DNA from: a virus
Reading direction: 5' to 3' (one strand)
Length of the DNA: 64,000 nucleotides
Virus record (IMG/VR): IMGVR_UViG_3300036826_000567
Coordinates: 34,898 to 98,897 of that record
Shown here: one piece after another, positions 58,277 to 64,000 of the stretch
Layout of the letters: each line of letters opens with the position of its first letter
Position numbering within the stretch: the stretch's first letter is position 1
The notes under the pieces: model-generated
Seen by the model: the letters and a program-made list of their open reading frames with translations, nothing else
The model's database searches: none
What the model was told of the DNA's origin: nothing
Position numbers and translations under genes: made by a program

Positions 58277-58320
58277 CGTTCTCTCTCCTCACGTAAGCGT
58301 TACGCCACTTTATATTTTTA

Positions 58321-58397
58321 ATTTTACACCCTTTCATAGCCATAGTCAAGCATTGTTTCATAGAAACTTTGCACTCTTTTATAGAAAGCGGTATACT
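58321..58397. promoter_or_regulatory. Divergent promoters with repeated operator-like TTT(C/T)ATAG(AAA)
   Basis: Minus strand: TTGACT-N17-TAAAAT. Plus strand: TTGCAC-N17-TATACT. Three TTTYATAG copies. Confidence 0.65.
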
Positions 58398-58423
58398 AGA
58401 GGGTGGAGATGAAAGGAGGGACT

Positions 58424-58654
58424 ATGCAAGCTCCAGTCGGCAAGCGTGTACGAAAAGTGCGGCGAGCACAAGACTTGACCCAAGAAGCCTTGGCAGAGAA
58501 AGCCAAGGTGAACGTGATTACGATTTCACGGCTCGAGAATGGGACAGCAAAACAGACCTATGCAGATACCGTGGTCGCCTTAGCCAAAAGCTTAGGCGTC
58601 AGTGCCGATTATCTCTTAGGATTGACCGACAATGAGGTGTGCGATGGACGCTGA
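58424..58654 (+). CDS. XRE HTH regulator
   Basis: GKRVRKVR..LTQEALAEKA..TISRLENG..LAKSLGVSADYLLGL. Confidence 0.9.
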   Translation: MQAPVGKRVRKVRRAQDLTQEALAEKAKVNVITISRLENGTAKQTYADTVVALAKSLGVSADYLLGLTDNEVCDGR

Positions 58655-58907
58655 CGCGCTCGATGACCTCCTGCGCCGCCTCACTGCCCTCGTGGTGAAA
58701 ATCGACGAGCGCGATACCCAGAGGGCCGAGCGCTTCGCCCACTACGATGCGATCCTGGATGAGCAGCGCGGCCTCAACGCCCGCCTCACCACCGCCATTG
58801 AGCGCATTGACGGAACGCTGGCGCAACTGGGCCGCACCCAGGCCGACATCACGGCACTGCTGGCCAAGGTATTCGAGAGTGGCGAGAATGGGCATGAGCG
58901 ACACTGA
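58644..58907 (+). CDS. Coiled-coil hypothetical protein
   Basis: Heptad repeats; coupled to the HTH gene. Confidence 0.6.
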   Translation: MDADALDDLLRRLTALVVKIDERDTQRAERFAHYDAILDEQRGLNARLTTAIERIDGTLAQLGRTQADITALLAKVFESGENGHERH

Positions 58908-59032
58908 GCCCCACCCTAGCTAACAAGGGCAGGGGGGCGGAGCTGAGGGACCGCTTCAGCGCATCCGTAGACGGCGTGGTACGATCCCCAACCTTGCGTG
59001 CGTGATCGGGGGAAGTCGCACACAGAGGCAGA

Positions 59033-60332
59033 CTAGAGGGGCACGATATCCCAGCAGACACTCTCAGGGGGATAGAGCGCCTCAATCGCGCAGAAATCGG
59101 GATAGGTGTCGCTCACGTACATGGTGCACCAGCCATTCAGGATGCCTAGATAGATCAGCCAGGGACCCGGGTGGTCGCTGGCGTCCTCGGGCTCGCAATA
59201 GGCCAGATCAGCGACATCATCCAGTGGCAGATATGCATACGGCAAGACTATCATGCTCTCCTCTCGTGCCCCCCAGCGCACCAGGGGGCGAGTGGTGCGT
59301 GGTTAGCTTCGCCGATTGCGTAGATAGGCGCGGTACCAGCGTTGACAGATCTGGGCAAAGGCACCCTCGTCCTCGCCACCATAGGTGAGTGTTGACCCTG
59401 TGAGTCCTCCGCGCTCGCAGATCTGTTGGCCCAACGTGCCGGGATGGCCGCCGCCCCAGTCGAGGTAAATGTACTGGCGGCCGGGCCTGGAAAACGTCAG
59501 GCGTTGCCTGAGCGTTCGACTGTGTATGGTATACGTCATACTGTCTCTCCTCTCATGCCCCCTAGCGAGCCAGGGGGCGGGGTGGTCAGTTCATTCCCTC
59601 AATGTAGCGCCGCATATCTTCAACTGTCATCCCTTCCCCGAACAGCATCAGGGACATGAGATGGTATACGGCCCGGTGGTCCTTGGTCTCGGGGTGCTTA
59701 TCCAAATCACTGGCGAGGGAGGTAAACGCCTCGTTGATCTGGCCCTCGTCACAATACGCGAGGGCGCGGGCCTTCGCCCAGGCGAGATGGTCAGCACGTG
59801 TCATCATGGCTCACTCGCTCCTCTGTGCCCCACCCGGCTAGGCGGGGCGTGATCGTGTGGCTAGGCGGTGCTCATCCCGCCGGTCGCACGCTCAGACTCC
59901 TCGCGGGCGCTGCGCCTCCAGCACGTCCAGCGCCCGTGTGAGGGAACTGCCCGGCAGCAGGATGACCTCGCGTCCCCCGTGCCGGACGAGCACGCCCGTC
60001 CGGAGTTTCTTCGCCACGCTCAGGGCCTCGGCCAGCGCGTCCGGGGGTGAGACACCTGGCAGGGCGTCAATGGTGATGTGGATGCTACTGGCCATCCTGT
60101 CTCCTCTCGTGTCCGTGTGCCCCAGATGGGACAGGCCGGGTGGTTACGCCCGGCGCTGGTTTGCATCAAGCGCAAAGGCAATCTTCTTCTCACTCGTGAC
60201 GACGATCACGGGTTCACGCATATTCTGTTTGTAGCACAACTCAAAGATGTCATCCTCGAGCGCAATGGAGGACCAACTTCCCTCGTCCCATTGCCGGCTC
60301 TGTTCGGTGGTGAGTTGCAAGCACCGGGCCAT
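59033..60332 (-). other. Five small hypothetical CDSs (59033-59254, 59303-59539, 59586-59807, 59892-60095, 60144-60332)
   Basis: Separated by related hairpin-plus-AGAGGAG linkers. Confidence 0.6.
59255..60146 (-). repeat. Repeated intergenic element TRRCCAC..GCCCC-loop-GGGGC-A..AGAGGAG
   Basis: Copies at 59255-59305, 59540-59588, 59808-59863 and (degenerate) 60096-60146. Confidence 0.7.
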
Positions 60333-60334
60333 GG

Positions 60335-61078
60335 CTAGTCCAGCTCCTCGACGCTACAGACGCCGATGCTTAGAGCATCGCGCAATGCCCTCGCCTTTGC
60401 CCGTGTCAGTGCAATCCGCAACCAGTGCACGGCAACATCTTTGTGAACATTGCCTGGGGTTGCATCGGCGCAGGCCCTGAAGATGCGACCATCGGCAAAT
60501 TCGGCCGTCGCCATGGTTAAGGCCAGTTTCTCCGTTGGCACACCAATAAAGTCTTCCGACAGCTTCACCAACCCTTGCTGCGTGGCCATCTCCAACAAGC
60601 CGAAATATTTGACAAAGGGCTTGCCGCGAATGAGCTGGATGTACTGCTGGGGAATCGCCCTGCTTGCGTGCAGGTCCGCTTCATCTGGGCTGTGGTCGTC
60701 CGCAGGTGCGTCCGGACCGAGGACCTGATCGGGTGCGGGTGGTCCTGCCCGGAAAAGTTCATCGGCTTTGAGATAGAGCGCTGCGCCGAGTCTGTGCTTG
60801 CAGTAGCCCTTGTGGGCCTGCTTTGCCCGCTCGCAGTCACAATGTCCGTTGACCGCGTAAAAGACGGTCGCGTCCTTGCCGCTGCGGACCTGGCAGGTGG
60901 CGCCATTGTCCTCATAGAAAACCGCGCCGCTGAGCACCAAGCTGGTCGCCCGTTCCAGATCGCCATGGAGACTGGCGGGGAGTTTCGCGTGGGCGATGGC
61001 GCTCGCCTGGTTGACGGCCTTGGTCCAACCCCAGCTGTGGGGCTCGACAGTCGGGACGGGATGGGGTACAGTTGCCAT
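60335..61078 (-). CDS. SWIM zinc finger fused to a putative ssDNA-annealing-like domain
   Basis: CDC..YCKHR (SWIM); GKPFV..GLL..ADATPGNV..RIALTRAKARALRDAL. Confidence 0.6.
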   Translation of the reverse strand: MATVPHPVPTVEPHSWGWTKAVNQASAIAHAKLPASLHGDLERATSLVLSGAVFYEDNGATCQVRSGKDATVFYAVNGHCDCERAKQAHKGYCKHRLGAALYLKADELFRAGPPAPDQVLGPDAPADDHSPDEADLHASRAIPQQYIQLIRGKPFVKYFGLLEMATQQGLVKLSEDFIGVPTEKLALTMATAEFADGRIFRACADATPGNVHKDVAVHWLRIALTRAKARALRDALSIGVCSVEELD

Positions 61079-61272
61079 ACGGACCTACCTTTCTGGGGGT
61101 AGTGGTTCGACCAAGGGGGGTGCTGGGATGGCCGTCCCAGTCTCCCCCGCTGTGGCAGCCGTGCGGGCCTGCCACTCACGCTCAATTCTGTCGATGTGCT
61201 CCTGTTCACAGGTCTTATACCAGTGACTAGCGTTGCGCCGTTGCCGACGCAATCCGGTAACGTGCCCATGCT

Positions 61273-61488
61273 TCATGCCTGCTCCTGTTCTTCCTCTCCT
61301 GCGGCCATCTCCTGCCATTCACTGTCAATCATCCCTGAGATGACAAACTCCCTCTCACTCTTGGATAACTGAGGCATCGCTCGTTGAATGAGCATGCCGC
61401 ATGGGAGGGCGGCATATTGGTCAGGGGTGATGTTGAGGTCGAGCGTGCGCGTGGTGCCCGACCAGAGCGACGTCCGTGTAATCTGCAT
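61273..61488 (-). CDS. Conserved phage small protein
   Basis: RTSLWSG..TLDL..LIQRAMPQLS..EREF.ISG....EW. Confidence 0.6.
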   Translation of the reverse strand: MQITRTSLWSGTTRTLDLNITPDQYAALPCGMLIQRAMPQLSKSEREFVISGMIDSEWQEMAAGEEEQEQA

Positions 61489-61735
61489 GCTATACTCTTT
61501 CTGTGCTTGTCAGGGTGGGGGGGCCGGTGCCTCTGCCAGGAGGGCCGGCCTCGCTGTCATTGCGGTGTCTCCTGCATTCCCCTTGCGGGCTACGTCGAAC
61601 TCGGCAAGGCTGTCAGAGAACCAACATCTATTATGTATAAATAATACCATAAAAATCATTGGTTATCAACAGAAAATACACCTATTAGGTAATTATTTTT
61701 CTATGGTATACTTATACAGAGAAAGGAGGAGGTCT

Positions 61736-62029
61736 ATGCCTGTTTCGTCGGTCGAAGTCTTCACGGATATGGATATGGCCGCGCTCGGTCAACGCCTGCA
61801 CCGAGCGCGGCTCGCTAAGGGCTTGAGCCAGGATCAACTCGCCTGGCGCGCAGAGATGACCCCCAATCACTATGGACTTGTGGAGCGCGGGAAGGCGAAG
61901 GGGTTGCGCGTCCATGCCCTCCACGCCCTCTGCCACGTACTCGGTGTGAGTGCCGACTACCTCATGGGTATCTCTCTTCCCGATCCTGGCGCTGGCCTGG
62001 CGCCGACAGAGCTTACCGGTCGACCCTGA
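61736..62029 (+). CDS. XRE HTH regulator
   Basis: LGQRLHRARLAKGLSQDQLA..VERG..LGVSADYLMG. Confidence 0.88.
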   Translation: MPVSSVEVFTDMDMAALGQRLHRARLAKGLSQDQLAWRAEMTPNHYGLVERGKAKGLRVHALHALCHVLGVSADYLMGISLPDPGAGLAPTELTGRP

Positions 62030-62085
62030 GAGGAGGGACGGCATCGCAGCGGGCGTGAGCCTTCCCTTGCCAACCAAAAGAAAGG

Positions 62086-62307
62086 ATGGATATGCCGCAG
62101 GCTGTCGCGATTGCCGAAGCCCTCCGGAAGCTCCGCGAGGTGCCCTTTGCGCTGGACTCGCTTGATGACCAGTTTCGGCGCTCCTTCCAGCGCTACGGCT
62201 GCAAGAGCCCCAAACAACGCGCGGTGCTCGCTAGGATGGTGGAAGTGCATCTTCAGGATGCCGCCCTCGCCGCCGAAATCCTCGGACAAGAGCGGCTGTT
62301 TGCCTAG
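62086..62307 (+). CDS. Hypothetical protein
   Basis: AAGGA RBS. Confidence 0.5.
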   Translation: MDMPQAVAIAEALRKLREVPFALDSLDDQFRRSFQRYGCKSPKQRAVLARMVEVHLQDAALAAEILGQERLFA

Positions 62308-62336
62308 GTGGCGGGCTTCTGCCGCCACCGCTTGCC

Positions 62337-63326
62337 CTAGAAGAGCATGAGTTGCTCGCTGGCGCGGACAGATGGCTCAGCCTGCGGCACGGCAGGGGTC
62401 TGCGGTCTCTGGAGGGCCGCTTCCATCGCCGTCTTCTGCGCGTGCCCGTCCTCATTGTTCTGGCCCTGTATTGCCGCGACCAGGCCGGTCATAACATCGC
62501 GTTGATGCATACCCGTCTTGTGCGGACGCACACATTTGACCAGGACGGACTTGACGTTGGCCCCCGATTCCTTGAATGTGTCATCCGGGAGTGGGGTGAG
62601 GGTGGCGTTCCAGATATCAAGCAGGCTGCGGAAGCACTCGGCCCGGCTGCCCCGGTGCCACTGGATACTCTCCGGCATCACGGCGACCAGGCGTCCTCCG
62701 TCCTTAAGCCATCCCAACGCATGCGTCACATGGGCAATGTCCTGCCCCTTCGTCCAGGGGGGATTCATGACAATGGCATCGTAGAGCAACGGCTCCTCGT
62801 GCGTCGGCAGGCACTGCTCCAGCCAATCCTCACACCAGACCACGAACCGTGGCCAGCCCTTCTGGCGTAACGCGTCGACCAGGTGCGGTTGAATCTCATA
62901 GGCAATCAGGGAACTCTCCCTGTTGTCGAGAAAGCCAGGTACACGCACCACCGCTTCAATGAGACGGCCCGTGCCGGCATTGGGCTCACACACGTCCTCC
63001 CCCGGACGAATACCCGCCTCGCTGACGATCTGATCGGCCAGCCAGACCGGCGTCCAAAATTCCTGATACACCTGCTGGGCGGTCGGTTGAACGGTGACGG
63101 TGCCTTGGGCGAGCACCTGGGCGAGGGCGGCCTGGGGATCGGTCGTAAAGAGATGGGCCTTGGCCTTCCGATTCCAGGCTCCCCCAAGCTCTTCCAGGAC
63201 ACGGTTCACTTTTGTATACAGCGTGCGCTCAAGTTGGCGCGCAGGCAGGAGGATGCGATCTGCCTGCGCCGTCGCCTGCTGCAGCACCAGGAGCACATCG
63301 GCGTCACACTGGATGGTTCGCGACAT
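62337..63326 (-). CDS. Class I SAM-dependent (N6-adenine) DNA methyltransferase
   Basis: FWTP, EPNAGTG, AYEI, catalytic MNPPW, GGRLVAVMP, FKESG. Confidence 0.85.
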   Translation of the reverse strand: MSRTIQCDADVLLVLQQATAQADRILLPARQLERTLYTKVNRVLEELGGAWNRKAKAHLFTTDPQAALAQVLAQGTVTVQPTAQQVYQEFWTPVWLADQIVSEAGIRPGEDVCEPNAGTGRLIEAVVRVPGFLDNRESSLIAYEIQPHLVDALRQKGWPRFVVWCEDWLEQCLPTHEEPLLYDAIVMNPPWTKGQDIAHVTHALGWLKDGGRLVAVMPESIQWHRGSRAECFRSLLDIWNATLTPLPDDTFKESGANVKSVLVKCVRPHKTGMHQRDVMTGLVAAIQGQNNEDGHAQKTAMEAALQRPQTPAVPQAEPSVRASEQLMLF

Positions 63327-63397
63327 AAAGTCAGTTCCTTTTCTCGGCTAGGTGTCAGAAATAAACCCCTGGTCTCTTTCTGTATCTTCTGTTGCCC

Positions 63398-63616
63398 TCA
63401 CTCCTGGCGCCAGCCCCGGGCGGCCAGACATTTGCCCATCAGGTCATAGTACGTCACCAGGCTCATGGACGGCATGGCCACCGACGAGGCTTCATAATCA
63501 CAGCGCGCCTTATCGGCTTCAAAGTCGGCCGTGGTGGCGCCGGGCTTCTGGTAGTGGGTGGTGCAGGCGGTCAGCGTCAGGGCCAGGGTGAGCATTACCA
63601 GGACATATCTATTCAT
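63398..63616 (-). CDS. Small lipoprotein
   Basis: Lipobox LTAC; KPGAT..DF..D..C....C..ARGW. Confidence 0.7.
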   Translation of the reverse strand: MNRYVLVMLTLALTLTACTTHYQKPGATTADFEADKARCDYEASSVAMPSMSLVTYYDLMGKCLAARGWRQE

Positions 63617-63914
63617 CGTGGTCTCCTGGCCAAGTGCGTCCTGGCGGATTGAGGGTGCCGAGGGCGGTATGGACCGCATTATAGACCGCATTGTAAATAC
63701 TCGTACGCTGATGCGGGGTCATGGCCTTGTGGACGTCAGGGTACATCTGGCGGACATACTCACGGACATACAGGCGCACGTCCTCCGCCACCCGTCGTTT
63801 CTCGTCGGGACTGATGCGGTCCCAGCAGTCGCAACCCACACGTATGGGCGTATCACACTTGGCACAGCGCCAGTCGACACGGTCAAGCAGATGATCGATG
63901 GAAGATTTCGGCAT
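63609..63914 (-). CDS. Hypothetical protein
   Basis: AAGGGAGG RBS; CAKC. Confidence 0.5.
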   Translation of the reverse strand: MPKSSIDHLLDRVDWRCAKCDTPIRVGCDCWDRISPDEKRRVAEDVRLYVREYVRQMYPDVHKAMTPHQRTSIYNAVYNAVHTALGTLNPPGRTWPGDHDE

Positions 63915-64000
63915 GGGGCACCTCCCTTGTGCTTAGTCAAACATCCACGCATGCCTGTCGCTATAACTCCATCCTGCACCACGCAGGGTGGCAATCTCCG

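Overview
The window (about 60% GC) contains no host housekeeping genes and reads as one large accessory element. It combines phage and conjugation modules. (1) 1-9.6 kb: the distal end of a phage tail-like module, whose fibre-like, LamG and beta-helix proteins unusually carry Sec-type signal peptides. (2) 11-30 kb, mostly minus strand: a phage early/replication arm with a Gp3/RDF-like protein, HNH-AP2 endonuclease, DNA methyltransferase, Twinkle/T7-gp4-like primase-helicase, lambda-O-like initiator with six internal iterons and a VRR-NUC nuclease. It is interrupted by a plus-strand array of same-frame mini-genes joined by a fixed 15-nt linker. (3) 30-32 kb: five XRE-HTH regulators. (4) 32-47 kb: a compact F/G-like type IV secretion operon (pilin, TraL, E, K, B, V, C, H, G, U, D) with no recognisable canonical relaxase. 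It is followed by a promoter-driven, about 420-nt highly structured non-coding segment and an Integrase_1-type tyrosine-recombinase-fold protein. (5) 50-64 kb: a second TnpB element, a paralogue of the tail-module beta-helix protein, a serine resolvase, an RNA ligase, a non-canonical AcrIII-1-like protein and hairpin-linked small genes. Best overall reading (inference): a conjugative phage or phage-plasmid hybrid. No rRNA, tRNA, CRISPR array or reverse transcriptase was seen. All family calls come from motif recognition by eye, not database searches.
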